Positions 10,383-21,078 of a stretch of DNA of 64,000 nucleotides are shown here, one piece after another. The translations under genes and the position numbers were made by a program. The notes beneath the pieces were generated by a model. It worked only from the letters and a program-made list of their open reading frames with translations. It had not been told where the DNA came from and did no database searches. The DNA is from an uncultured delta proteobacterium (GTDB lineage: Bacteria > Myxococcota_A > Polyangia > Fen-1088). Where the stretch lies: NCBI GenBank assembly GCA_963796685.1, contig CAWCMR010000009.1, positions 32,001-96,000 of the forward strand, written 5' to 3'. Position 1 is the stretch's first letter; each line of letters opens with the position of its first letter.

Positions 10383-12133
10383 GGCCGTGCCTCACCCACA
10401 CAACGCCCGACACCCGCATCACGCACCTTCCGTGACCTGCTTGCCGAGAACCCTCCTTCATGGAGGCAGCCGCATGCGCAAAACCTGCGACCGGCTACAC
10501 CTATGCCCGCCGGGAGCCGGAGAAGACCGCGCTCTTCCAGGTGCTCCAGCAGCACCTGCTCACCTTCGAGCAAGAGTGGACCGACAAGTCCGACGGCCGC
10601 ACGCTGCCCAGCTTCGTCACCGACGAGCTACACGACTTTCTAGGGTGCGGAATCTTGGCGCGAGGCTTCGCACAATTCTTGTGCAAAACCTGCCACGAGC
10701 GGTACGTTGTGGCCTGGAGCTGTAAGGGTCGTGGCTTCTGTCCGAGCTGCGGAGGCAGACGCATGAACGCGGGTGCGCTGACTCTGGTCGATCACGTGCT
10801 GCCCGAAGTGCCCATCCGACAATTCGTGCTCACCCTGCCTTTCCCGCTGAGATTTCCCTTGGCCTTCGACGGGAAATTGCTGGGCCAAGTCCTGCGCATC
10901 TTCATCGACACCGTCGCGTCCAACTATCGCAAGCGCCTGGCAGATCGGGGCATCCCCGACGGCGAGTGCGGCGCCGTCACGGTCATCCAGCGCGCCAACA
11001 GCGACCTGCGTCTCTCACCGCATTTTCACGTTCTCCAGCTCGATGGAGCGTACGCCCCTGGGCCCGACGGCGGTGCGCCCATCTTCCACCCGGCTCCGGA
11101 ACTTACCCAAGAGGACATCCTTGCCATCGTCGCGCGCGCCAGTAAGCGCATCCTCCGCTTCCTCCAACGTCGCGGGGTCATCACCCTGGTGACCGCGCCA
11201 GGCGACGGCGAGATCACCGTCGTCACCGACGAGACCATCGGCGAGAAGGATCCGCTCCTGGCTCGCTTGTTGGCCGCCGCCACCGCTGGCGCCTCGCCTG
11301 CCGGCCCTGCGCACAAGCGGGCTCCCGTGCGCATCGTGCTCGACCCTGGCGCCACGCCCGTGGCCAAGGGCAAACTATGCGGCCAGCAAGCAGGCTTCAA
11401 CCTGCATGCTCAAACCAAAGTCGCCGCCAACGACAAGAAGGGTCGCGAAAACCTGTGCAAGTACATCTTGCGCCCGCCTCTCGCCAACGACCGCCTCAAG
11501 ATCCTCGACGACAAAACCGTCAGGCTCGACTTCAAGAAGCCCTGGTCGGATGGCACATCGTCGGTCGACCTTGCGCCGCTCGCCCTCATTGCGAGGCTAG
11601 CCGCGATCATCCCTCCTCCTCGTCGCCATGTCGTCAGATATTCGGGGGTTATCTCCTCGCACAGCTCTCTCCGCAGCCAGGTCGTCCCCGTCCCCGCCGT
11701 GGCGGCACCCGAGGAAAAGGACAAGCCTTCACTGCCGCTCTCGCACTATATTTCTTGGAGCCAGCTCCTCAAAAAGACATTCGAGATCGACACCGTCTGC
11801 CCTCGCTGCAAGAGCCCGCTGCATCTCATCGCCATGATCGAGACCGAGGACACCATCAAGAAGATTCTCAAAGCCATGGGACTGCCTACCGAGGCGCCCA
11901 AACTCCGGCCTGCACGACCGCCGCCCTCGCAATCTGGTGGCGAGGGCGGAGACTGGCTGAACTGACGGCACGTCGACCAGGGCGGGTTGGAGTAGACTGC
12001 CCTGCGTGCTCGAGAAAGACCCCGTCAGGCCCCAGAAACCCGGTCACGTGCGCTGCGCAGACGTGATCGGGGCCGACCTAACGCGTCATGGCAGGGTTCT
12101 CAGACGCTCAAAAACCCCCTTCGAATCGCCTAT
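10383..12133 (+). mobile_element. IS91/ISCR element copy C
   Basis: Same unit as copy B; GGCC at 12134-12137. Confidence 0.88.
10460..11965 (+). CDS. IS91/ISCR transposase
   Basis: Identical 501-aa translation. Confidence 0.93.
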   Translation: MEAAACAKPATGYTYARREPEKTALFQVLQQHLLTFEQEWTDKSDGRTLPSFVTDELHDFLGCGILARGFAQFLCKTCHERYVVAWSCKGRGFCPSCGGRRMNAGALTLVDHVLPEVPIRQFVLTLPFPLRFPLAFDGKLLGQVLRIFIDTVASNYRKRLADRGIPDGECGAVTVIQRANSDLRLSPHFHVLQLDGAYAPGPDGGAPIFHPAPELTQEDILAIVARASKRILRFLQRRGVITLVTAPGDGEITVVTDETIGEKDPLLARLLAAATAGASPAGPAHKRAPVRIVLDPGATPVAKGKLCGQQAGFNLHAQTKVAANDKKGRENLCKYILRPPLANDRLKILDDKTVRLDFKKPWSDGTSSVDLAPLALIARLAAIIPPPRRHVVRYSGVISSHSSLRSQVVPVPAVAAPEEKDKPSLPLSHYISWSQLLKKTFEIDTVCPRCKSPLHLIAMIETEDTIKKILKAMGLPTEAPKLRPARPPPSQSGGEGGDWLN

Positions 12134-12193
12134 GGCCCATCGAGTGCAACCGCGGGCTGGGAGTAGCCGATCTCAGATCGCTCCACACGCGTT

Positions 12194-13336
12194 GTGATTC
12201 TGTGGCACCATGGACCGGTCGCGGACTTTGCACGGCAAACAGGAGGGCAAGTGGAGAAGAAGAATCTGATCCGAGAGGCCGTTGTCGTATCTCTTGTTGT
12301 GGTCCCATTTTGCGTTATCCCCCTTATCTTCCCAGGGCTCGCCACTCTCCTCGGTGTCATCCTGATTCTTCTCCCAATCCTTGCGCTCACCGGGAAGCTC
12401 AAGAGGTCAGCCGTTAACCTGCTGACACCAGGGCGCCGACCCGGCACTGGTCTTCGCATGCTTGAAATCCTTGTCGGGATCGTGCTCATTGTCGCCGCAG
12501 GCACTGCAAGTACGATCAAGGCTCAACATAAATTAGCCGCCGACCAACAGGCGCAAGCGGAAACAGAGAAGAGGGTGCACGAAGCGAGGGTCTTGAGCCT
12601 CAAGAAGAATATGAGCACGGTTGTTCTAACCTGCCGGGCAAGAATCGACGTCGCCAAGGCGGCGCTTGAAAAGAGCAACTACGCCCAAGCAGAGGAGAAT
12701 CTCGCTCAGGTGTCGGGGTGGATTGATCCATACCTCAGATTGTTGCCAGTGCCGCCCGAGATCGCATCGGTGCGCCAAATCTACGAGAGGCTGGCCGCCG
12801 AGGTGGCGCCGATAACAAAGGCACAGGCCGCCTGGAAGAAAGCGCAGGAAGCGATCACCGATGGCGACGGCTCCCTAAAGGCGCGCAAGTTCGTAGAGGC
12901 GCAAACATTCTTCGTCACGGCACAGGATCTGCTCAAGGGAATTGGCGATCCGTCTGCGAAAACGCTGGGGCTAGACCTCTCGCACACCGCCAGCGCAGTC
13001 GAATCGAAGCTCAAGCTCCTCAAGAGACCCGCGGCAAGGGAAGAAGCCGCGCTCCAAAAGGCACGAATTGAAAGAGAAGCGGTAGCCTACGCCTGTGGCG
13101 AGAAGCCTGAACGCAGCGCTTGGGACGGGGCCATCATTGGACTTGAGAGCGCGCTGAAAGAGAATGCTCACGATCCACGCTCGATCGACGTTTCGGCCTG
13201 TTCGGAGCCGGTCATGTCGGATAAGCGTTGCTGGATATTCCGATGCAAGGTACGTGGCAAGAACGCCTTTGGCGCCTTGATCCTGAAGACGCCGATGTAC
13301 GAAAAGAACCGGTTTGGTTTCAGCGAAATCAATTAG
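12194..13336 (+). CDS. Hypothetical membrane protein (about 3 TM, coiled coil, C-terminal RGKNAFGA domain)
   Basis: Long ORF with hydrophobic N-terminus; the C-terminal motif is typical of mobile-element hypotheticals. Confidence 0.7.
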   Translation: MILWHHGPVADFARQTGGQVEKKNLIREAVVVSLVVVPFCVIPLIFPGLATLLGVILILLPILALTGKLKRSAVNLLTPGRRPGTGLRMLEILVGIVLIVAAGTASTIKAQHKLAADQQAQAETEKRVHEARVLSLKKNMSTVVLTCRARIDVAKAALEKSNYAQAEENLAQVSGWIDPYLRLLPVPPEIASVRQIYERLAAEVAPITKAQAAWKKAQEAITDGDGSLKARKFVEAQTFFVTAQDLLKGIGDPSAKTLGLDLSHTASAVESKLKLLKRPAAREEAALQKARIEREAVAYACGEKPERSAWDGAIIGLESALKENAHDPRSIDVSACSEPVMSDKRCWIFRCKVRGKNAFGALILKTPMYEKNRFGFSEIN

Positions 13337-13401
13337 CGGCCGAGCTTTCTGGAACACCTTGGGTTGACTTCGGCCACGTCACGCCGCGCCTTTTCCGGCC
13401 T

Positions 13402-13739
13402 GCTCCACCGCCAACGATGCGGCCACCGCCCAGTTGGAGCGCCTGGTGTGGCAGGAGCTGCGCGAGTGCTACGACCCGGAGATCCCCGTCAACATCGTGG
13501 AGCTGGGGCTCGTCTACGCCATGAGGACCGAGCCCCTGCCCGAGGGCGGCCACCGGGTCGAGGTCCTCATGACCGTGACCTCTACTGCCTGTGGCATGTC
13601 CGAGATCCTGCGCAGCGAGGCCGACGCGCGCATTCGCAAGCTGCCCGGCGTGGCGCAGGTCGAGGTCGCCATCACCTTCGACCCGACCTGGACCCCCGAG
13701 CTCATGAGCGACGACGCGCGCATGATGCTGAATTTGTGA
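13402..13739 (+). pseudogene. sufT: 5'-trimmed sufT passenger copy (DUF59 domain intact)
   Basis: Identity to 9976-10313 begins abruptly at 13402. Confidence 0.8.
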
Positions 13740-13808
13740 CTGGAGAGAGCGCAGAGGGCGGAGGAGGGCGCGGAGGGCGGAGAAGCTCGGGAAGGTTTTG
13801 CCGACCGT

Positions 13809-15559
13809 GGCCGTGCCTCACCCACACAACGCCCGACACCCGCATCACGCACCTTCCGTGACCTGCTTGCCGAGAACCCTCCTTCATGGAGGCAGCCGCA
13901 TGCGCAAAACCTGCGACCGGCTACACCTATGCCCGCCGGGAGCCGGAGAAGACCGCGCTCTTCCAGGTGCTCCAGCAGCACCTGCTCACCTTCGAGCAAG
14001 AGTGGACCGACAAGTCCGACGGCCGCACGCTGCCCAGCTTCGTCACCGACGAGCTACACGACTTTCTAGGGTGCGGAATCTTGGCGCGAGGCTTCGCACA
14101 ATTCTTGTGCAAAACCTGCCACGAGCGGTACGTTGTGGCCTGGAGCTGTAAGGGTCGTGGCTTCTGTCCGAGCTGCGGAGGCAGACGCATGAACGCGGGT
14201 GCGCTGACTCTGGTCGATCACGTGCTGCCCGAAGTGCCCATCCGACAATTCGTGCTCACCCTGCCTTTCCCGCTGAGATTTCCCTTGGCCTTCGACGGGA
14301 AATTGCTGGGCCAAGTCCTGCGCATCTTCATCGACACCGTCGCGTCCAACTATCGCAAGCGCCTGGCAGATCGGGGCATCCCCGACGGCGAGTGCGGCGC
14401 CGTCACGGTCATCCAGCGCGCCAACAGCGACCTGCGTCTCTCACCGCATTTTCACGTTCTCCAGCTCGATGGAGCGTACGCCCCTGGGCCCGACGGCGGT
14501 GCGCCCATCTTCCACCCGGCTCCGGAACTTACCCAAGAGGACATCCTTGCCATCGTCGCGCGCGCCAGTAAGCGCATCCTCCGCTTCCTCCAACGTCGCG
14601 GGGTCATCACCCTGGTGACCGCGCCAGGCGACGGCGAGATCACCGTCGTCACCGACGAGACCATCGGCGAGAAGGATCCGCTCCTGGCTCGCTTGTTGGC
14701 CGCCGCCACCGCTGGCGCCTCGCCTGCCGGCCCTGCGCACAAGCGGGCTCCCGTGCGCATCGTGCTCGACCCTGGCGCCACGCCCGTGGCCAAGGGCAAA
14801 CTATGCGGCCAGCAAGCAGGCTTCAACCTGCATGCTCAAACCAAAGTCGCCGCCAACGACAAGAAGGGTCGCGAAAACCTGTGCAAGTACATCTTGCGCC
14901 CGCCTCTCGCCAACGACCGCCTCAAGATCCTCGACGACAAAACCGTCAGGCTCGACTTCAAGAAGCCCTGGTCGGATGGCACATCGTCGGTCGACCTTGC
15001 GCCGCTCGCCCTCATTGCGAGGCTAGCCGCGATCATCCCTCCTCCTCGTCGCCATGTCGTCAGATATTCGGGGGTTATCTCCTCGCACAGCTCTCTCCGC
15101 AGCCAGGTCGTCCCCGTCCCCGCCGTGGCGGCACCCGAGGAAAAGGACAAGCCTTCACTGCCGCTCTCGCACTATATTTCTTGGAGCCAGCTCCTCAAAA
15201 AGACATTCGAGATCGACACCGTCTGCCCTCGCTGCAAGAGCCCGCTGCATCTCATCGCCATGATCGAGACCGAGGACACCATCAAGAAGATTCTCAAAGC
15301 CATGGGACTGCCTACCGAGGCGCCCAAACTCCGGCCTGCACGACCGCCGCCCTCGCAATCTGGTGGCGAGGGCGGAGACTGGCTGAACTGACGGCACGTC
15401 GACCAGGGCGGGTTGGAGTAGACTGCCCTGCGTGCTCGAGAAAGACCCCGTCAGGCCCCAGAAACCCGGTCACGTGCGCTGCGCAGACGTGATCGGGGCC
15501 GACCTGACGCGTCCTGGCAGGGTTCTCAGACGCTCAAAAACCCCCTTCGAATCGCCTAT
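13809..15559 (+). mobile_element. IS91/ISCR element copy D
   Basis: Same unit; GGCC at 15560-15563. Confidence 0.88.
13886..15391 (+). CDS. IS91/ISCR transposase
   Basis: Identical 501-aa translation. Confidence 0.93.
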   Translation: MEAAACAKPATGYTYARREPEKTALFQVLQQHLLTFEQEWTDKSDGRTLPSFVTDELHDFLGCGILARGFAQFLCKTCHERYVVAWSCKGRGFCPSCGGRRMNAGALTLVDHVLPEVPIRQFVLTLPFPLRFPLAFDGKLLGQVLRIFIDTVASNYRKRLADRGIPDGECGAVTVIQRANSDLRLSPHFHVLQLDGAYAPGPDGGAPIFHPAPELTQEDILAIVARASKRILRFLQRRGVITLVTAPGDGEITVVTDETIGEKDPLLARLLAAATAGASPAGPAHKRAPVRIVLDPGATPVAKGKLCGQQAGFNLHAQTKVAANDKKGRENLCKYILRPPLANDRLKILDDKTVRLDFKKPWSDGTSSVDLAPLALIARLAAIIPPPRRHVVRYSGVISSHSSLRSQVVPVPAVAAPEEKDKPSLPLSHYISWSQLLKKTFEIDTVCPRCKSPLHLIAMIETEDTIKKILKAMGLPTEAPKLRPARPPPSQSGGEGGDWLN

Positions 15560-15645
15560 GGCCTCCGACGTCGCCGCGCCAGATACGCTACGCGACCATC
15601 TGAAATGAGCTCACGACGCGCTTCCCAACACAGCAAGGAGTCACC

Positions 15646-16284
15646 ATGAAACTAGCCCATCTCACCCTGGCGGCAGGTCTTACTACAGCCATTGGCCTTT
15701 CACTGTCAGCACAAGCCGCGAAGCACTCCCCGGATCCGGGCTATTTTCAGGAGTCTTATGACCAAGAGGCCATGGGACACGATGAGGAAGCCCTCGCGGC
15801 GCTGGACAAGCTCTCGTCCGAGAAGAAAGGTTCCTATGTTGCATTTCTCCGCAAGGGATGGCTGCAATATCGCCTAGGCAAGAACGCCCCAGCCGTCGAG
15901 GCATACACCAAGGCCGTCGCTTTTGTTCCAAAGGCCATCGAACCTCGTCTGGGAATCCTGTTGCCCCTGATAGCCGAGAAACAATGGCCGTCAGCAGAGA
16001 AGCACGCGCGGGACATTTTGAAGCTCGATCCGGAAAACTACCTCGCGACTCTCCGTTTAGCTTTCGTCCTCTACAACCAGAACAAATTCTCCGAATCCCA
16101 AGCCCTTTACAAAAGGCTGGTGGACGCCTATCCCAGCGACACGGAAGCCCGAAGTGGGCTCGGCTGGGCGCTCCTCAAGCAGCGCAAGACCAAGGATGCA
16201 ACCGCTGTCTTCAAAGCCCTGCTCGACTATGCACCCAAGAACACGCTGGGTCAGCAGGGGTTGGCAGCGACAGGCTCAAAATAG
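15646..16284 (+). CDS. Secreted TPR-repeat protein
   Basis: Signal peptide (AQA), TPR patterns (LKLDPENY, ARSGLGWALL), RBS AAGGAG. Confidence 0.85.
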   Translation: MKLAHLTLAAGLTTAIGLSLSAQAAKHSPDPGYFQESYDQEAMGHDEEALAALDKLSSEKKGSYVAFLRKGWLQYRLGKNAPAVEAYTKAVAFVPKAIEPRLGILLPLIAEKQWPSAEKHARDILKLDPENYLATLRLAFVLYNQNKFSESQALYKRLVDAYPSDTEARSGLGWALLKQRKTKDATAVFKALLDYAPKNTLGQQGLAATGSK

Positions 16285-16321
16285 CTGTACGTACTGGCAA
16301 GAAGCTCGGCGACATATCGCT

Positions 16322-16605
16322 CCCGAATGTACGGCGCAAAAGTTCGGACTAAGAAATATACTTTGAGGTGTTCTTGGACTTGCCCTTGCCGTCGGCGGGC
16401 GCGGCGAGCGAGGGAACGACGTCGCTGCGTGAAGTGGCGTGTGACGAGAGCACGCCAGGTCTTGCAGAAAAGGTGGGCGAAGCCTCGGCCCAAGACTCCG
16501 GAGTCCATGTATTTGTGTAGCTCTTCCGTTACGTACTTGGGCAGCGTCCGCCCGCTGGTTTCTTCGGACCACTGCTGCTCGAAGGTCAGCAGATGCTCCT
16601 CAGCG
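16322..16605 (-). pseudogene. Degraded, internally deleted 5' and middle pieces of a second, related IS91/ISCR transposase
   Basis: EHLLTFEQQWSEETSGRTLPKYVTEELH..GRGFAHLFCKT joined to SDVVPSLAAP..YIS*SELLRRTF. Confidence 0.8.
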
Positions 16606-16633
16606 GCTCGCAGAAGTTGCGTGCGGTGGGTTG

Positions 16634-17108
16634 CTAGCTGACGAGCTTCGCGATGAAATCGCCGACCTCGCGCGTGCCCATGCCCATCTTGCCGGCGGAG
16701 AGGCTCTTGATCTTGCCCGAGGCCAGGGCGTCGTGAACGGCCTGGTCGACAGCTTTGGCGATGGCGGGCTCGCCGAGGGTGTCCATCATCATGCCGCCGG
16801 CGCAGATGGTGGCGAGGGGATTGATGATGTTCATGCCGGTGTACTTGGGGGCGCTGCCGCCCATGGGCTCGAACATGGAGACGCCCTCGGGGTTGATATT
16901 GCCGCCGGCAGCGATGCCGAGGCCGCCTTGGATGATGGCGGCGAGGTCGGTGATGATGTCGCCGAAGAGATTCTCGGTGACGATCACGTCGTAGTACTCG
17001 GGCTGCTTGACGAACCACATGGTGCAGGCGTCGACGTGGTTGTAGTCCTGCTTGATCTCCGGGTAGAGCTTGTCGCCGATCTCCTTGTGCACGCGCACCC
17101 ACAAGTCG
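16634..17108 (-). pseudogene. 3' fragment of isocitrate/isopropylmalate dehydrogenase family gene
   Basis: HVDA..YDVIVTENLFGDIITD, MFEPMGGSAPKYTG..INP, MGTREVGD. Confidence 0.85.
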
Positions 17109-17109
17109 C

Positions 17110-17454
17110 TGCCAGAAATGTAAGGCCCCGCTCCGCCTGATCGCACTCATCAAGAGCGAGGACATCGCCAAGAAGATCCTGACCGCGATGCACCTGCCAA
17201 CGGAGATCCCGGAGCTACGCCCAGCGCGCCCGCCGCCCCTGAAGGCGGGTGGCAGCGCTGACTGGCTGAACTGAACACGACCTCTCCGGGGCTGTGATGG
17301 GGTGGACTACGCCTTGTGATTGAGACAGCCTGTTCGGCACCCGAATCGCGCCATCAAACCCGCTCCGTAGGGCACTCCAGGCGCACGCGAGGGTGTGGTG
17401 GCACAGGGCGGCACGGGTTTTCGGACCGGAAATCCCCCCCTTCGATTCGCTTAT
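17110..17454 (+). mobile_element. 3' end and oriIS of the related IS91/ISCR element
   Basis: CQKCKAPLRLIALIKSEDIAKKIL..RPARPPP..DWLN* (stop 17274); ends CCCTTCGATTCGCTTAT then GCAC. Confidence 0.8.
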
Positions 17455-17479
17455 GCACTAACACGCCCGCCGCCACGCT

Positions 17480-17685
17480 GGCCCCGGTCGTAGGCCCCAC
17501 CACCGCTGCGGCCGTCTTTGCCGAGGTTGGTGATGCTCGGTCGTTCCCTTGTGCTCGCGCCTTTCTTAAGGCGATGGGCCTCAATCTCAAAGAGAAGAGC
17601 AGCGGCACCGTGCAGGGCCAGATCAAAATTACCAAGCGCGGCCCATCCCGCGTGCGCCAACTTCTGTGGCTCGCGGTCTTCCGTG
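17480..17685 (+). pseudogene. IS110-family transposase fragment
   Basis: VGPTTAAAVFAEVGD..F..MGLNLKEKSSG..ITKRG..RQLLW. Confidence 0.75.
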
Positions 17686-17849
17686 TACAAAATCAGATCC
17701 TGGTTCTGATTTGACACGTACGCGCCACCAGGCCAGCTCGATCCAAGATTGGAGCTCGACTCGATCTGGTGACCACGTCCTTCCGAGGCGCGCGGCACTT
17801 GGCGCAGGTCGAGATCCGGCGGGCCAACTGAGCGATGTGGCAGCGGCGC

Positions 17850-17980
17850 ATTCCGCGCTTTTGTCGGATGATCTCCGCACGATGTTCATGCACCTCGATC
17901 TTCTGGCGCTGGCCCCAATTCCGCTTGTGCTCGGCCACCACGGTCTGCCCACGCAGAATGCGTATGCGCTGATCGTCGGC
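17850..17980 (-). pseudogene. Possible IS21 IstA C-terminal remnant
   Basis: IRILRGQTVVAEHKRNWGQRQKIEVHEH resembles the IstA C-terminus. Confidence 0.4.
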
Positions 17981-18438
17981 CCCGGCGCTCCTCCCGTACC
18001 GCCCGGCAAGGCTTTGGCGTGGAAATGCCTTGGTTGCGAGCGGCGCTTTCCCTGGACAGCGATAAACTGTGGCCTCTTGATCGGGCGCGGCCGTCGTTCT
18101 GATCTTGATCCTCGCGGCGCTGACCATGTCGTCGCTTGGTGGAAACAGTGGAGCGAGGGATCATGATGCGCTCGGGCAGGTATATGGTGCCAGCCCTGAC
18201 CGTCTGGGCGCGAAGACGGCGGGCATATGCGCAGCGTGTGCATGACGTGGCATCGGGGTCTCTGGCATCGCCAAATCATCACCAGCCATGGCTCATATGG
18301 ACAACAAAAACATAAATGACGTTGCGCACACGTTTGTGCGGAATGCTCGTGCACGCATCTCGTCGCAGACCGTCGTGAATACCTGCACCGCGCTAAACCT
18401 TAGTTGCGCAGGCGTTCAATGGCTGGTACGTTCGTGAT

Positions 18439-19395
18439 ATGAATAGTATGGAGTGCTATGGAAAAAGCCTATCGAAGCGCGCGCCGTTCATTTTATCGTG
18501 GTGCGCATGCCTCTCCTGTTCTTCGCAGGCCCATAGTGTGCAGGGGCCTATCTACGCCAATGTCACAAATGGTTCACTCATCACAAAACAGCTGGCTTCC
18601 GGTACGTACTTCTCCTGTGGTCTCAAGATCGACAGCACCATCGTCTGCTGGGGCGACAACGACGCCGGGCAGTCCACGCCACCTTCAGGAACCTTCTCCA
18701 AGATCGCTTCGGGCAGTGACCATTCCTGCGCGCTTGCCACCGATGGTCAAATCGTCTGCTGGGGAGCGAATGCCGCGGGGCAGCTTTCCGCTCCCGTGGG
18801 AACATTCTCCGACGTGACGGCGGGCAATATGTTTACTTGCGGTCTCCAGCTGGATGGAAGCGCCCTTTGCTGGGGCGACAACACCTTTGGCGAAGCATCG
18901 CCTCCTTCCGGTGTGACCTTTCAGAAAATTACAGCCGGTTTCACCCATGCGTGTGGTCTGCTCGAAGATGGTACCGTCGAATGTTGGGGCAGCAGTGGCT
19001 CCTATTTCGACAACGCTGCGCCCACAGATATATTCTCGATAGTTAGCGCTGGTGGCAACCGCACGTGCGGACTCCATCCCGATGGTACTCTCGGATGCTG
19101 GGGTGACAATCAAGGCATCGACCCCGTTCTTGAGCCTGCTGGGCTCCTCCTGCAAGTCGCAACTGGTGGAAACCATACTTGCTACCTTGAGGCCGCAGGC
19201 TCCGTAATGTGCCTGGGCCAAGGTTGTTACGGAAGCGGATCGTCCGGACAAACGGAACTTCGTTGTACACCGGGGACGGACAAATTCACTCTTGTCAACA
19301 CTGGGAACACGCACTCCTGCGGTGTGCGAAAGGATAGCACCATCGCGTGCTGGTCCGCGTCGTGCAGTACACATGGAGAATGCTCGCCTCCGTAG
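18439..19395 (+). CDS. RCC1/BLIP-II repeat beta-propeller protein
   Basis: Repeated AGxxHxCxLxxDGxxxCWGxN..GQ. Confidence 0.88.
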   Translation: MNSMECYGKSLSKRAPFILSWCACLSCSSQAHSVQGPIYANVTNGSLITKQLASGTYFSCGLKIDSTIVCWGDNDAGQSTPPSGTFSKIASGSDHSCALATDGQIVCWGANAAGQLSAPVGTFSDVTAGNMFTCGLQLDGSALCWGDNTFGEASPPSGVTFQKITAGFTHACGLLEDGTVECWGSSGSYFDNAAPTDIFSIVSAGGNRTCGLHPDGTLGCWGDNQGIDPVLEPAGLLLQVATGGNHTCYLEAAGSVMCLGQGCYGSGSSGQTELRCTPGTDKFTLVNTGNTHSCGVRKDSTIACWSASCSTHGECSPP

Positions 19396-19554
19396 GCTGA
19401 GCCTGGAGGGTTAGCTTGCGAGCTGTGGCAGTTTGCCTCTCCATCCTATTCATCGGCTGTTCCAGAACGCCTCTGGACGTGGCGCAGCCTGTCAGATGCC
19501 TCGTCGGGTCATTATGTCCTGTGGGCGGACTCTGGAAACAGAGATATTGACGCG

Positions 19555-20793
19555 ATGAGTACTGCCGGGGGCGAGTCCGCCGACTTGTCAGATTCGCAGT
19601 CCATTGACCCAGGCATCTCATGCTCGATAGGGAGCGCACAGTACAACGACGGCACTCCCAATCCACAGAATGCCTGCGAGAGCTGCCAGTCCAGCCTAAC
19701 AACCTCCGACTGGTCCCCTATCGCGGTGGTCCCTGGCTGCCTGGCTGCCGGGTGGGCGCATTCCTGTGCATTAATCAAAGGCGGTGTCTGGTGTTGGGGG
19801 GGGAATAACGACGGACAACTAGGCAACGGGACCGAGGATGGCAGCCTCATCCCAATCCAAGTCAACGGGCTAGCCACAGGCGTCAGTGGCATCGCGGCTG
19901 GTTTTGGTCACAGCTGTGCAATCGTCAAAAACAGCATCGAATGTTGGGGTAATAACGGGGTAGGTCAGTTAGGTAATGGCTCCACCAGCAATAGTTCTAC
20001 CCCAGTTCAGGTCAAGGGTATTCCTTCTGGAGCCCAGATACTTGTAGCCGGAGAGAACCACACTTGTACCATTGTCGCCGGACAGGTCTGGTGCTGGGGA
20101 AGCAATGATGCTGCCCAGATTGCCACCACCACCACCACTTATAGTCCGGTACCCATTCTTGTGCCTGGACTCCCACCAGGAGTTCATGGAATTGCGGCCG
20201 GCACATACCACACCTGCGCCCTTGCTGGTGGCGCAGTTTGGTGCTGGGGCGATAACACCTACAATCAGCTCGGCCACTCCTTTCAAACCCTCACTCCCCA
20301 AAGCGCTACTCCTGTCCGGGTGGATGGATTGTTGGACGGCGGTCGAAGCATAGCCGCCACGGAGTGGGGCACTTGTGTGCTTACAACCAATGGAGTTGTC
20401 CAATGCTGGGGCAACTCTTCATTCGGACCTGTGGGCGGCAATGGGGCGCCGAATCTAGCGGCTACAATTGACGGTTTTGGCTCGGATCCAAACTTCATTG
20501 CTGCGCGCATGGAACACGCCTGCGCAATAGTTGGCACCTCAAGGTACATCGCCTGCTGGGGCGATGACGCATACGGAGATCTTGGTGCCCCCTACGCTCA
20601 AGAAGGTTACCAACCCTTTCAAGTCTCAGGAAACCTGACCGGAGTTCGGGCCGTTGCGGTGGGTGACTATCATACTTGCGCGTTGGCGGCTAACGCAGTC
20701 TGGTGCTGGGGACGAAATTTGGACGGGCAACTCGGCAATGGCCTCACCATTGATAGCGCTACTCCGGTTCGATCCCTAGGCCTCACGCCCTGA
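19555..20793 (+). CDS. RCC1 repeat protein (probable lipoprotein start at 19416 is out of frame)
   Basis: Repeated AAGxxHxCA..VWCWGxNxxGQLGNG. Confidence 0.88.
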   Translation: MSTAGGESADLSDSQSIDPGISCSIGSAQYNDGTPNPQNACESCQSSLTTSDWSPIAVVPGCLAAGWAHSCALIKGGVWCWGGNNDGQLGNGTEDGSLIPIQVNGLATGVSGIAAGFGHSCAIVKNSIECWGNNGVGQLGNGSTSNSSTPVQVKGIPSGAQILVAGENHTCTIVAGQVWCWGSNDAAQIATTTTTYSPVPILVPGLPPGVHGIAAGTYHTCALAGGAVWCWGDNTYNQLGHSFQTLTPQSATPVRVDGLLDGGRSIAATEWGTCVLTTNGVVQCWGNSSFGPVGGNGAPNLAATIDGFGSDPNFIAARMEHACAIVGTSRYIACWGDDAYGDLGAPYAQEGYQPFQVSGNLTGVRAVAVGDYHTCALAANAVWCWGRNLDGQLGNGLTIDSATPVRSLGLTP

Positions 20794-21078
20794 CCCATCT
20801 GGCCGAAACCACCAGAGGAACCCCGGCTCTGCCAGGCTCTGCCGTGGAGGCAGCAGCAGTTTGACATTTCCGGGAATCGGATACTCGACAACGCGGTGTC
20901 AGCGAAATGGTCTATCGGTCTATCGACTGAGGAAACCTTGGTGGAGACTCGATTTTGGCAACCTGCATCGTGTTGGAGGTCAAAGCCCCTGGCTCTGCCG
21001 GGGGCTTTGTGTTACTGGGCGGTGGGCCGGCAGATACGGCAACCTCATCGCCCATTTCTCAACTACTGCCAGCGCAAG

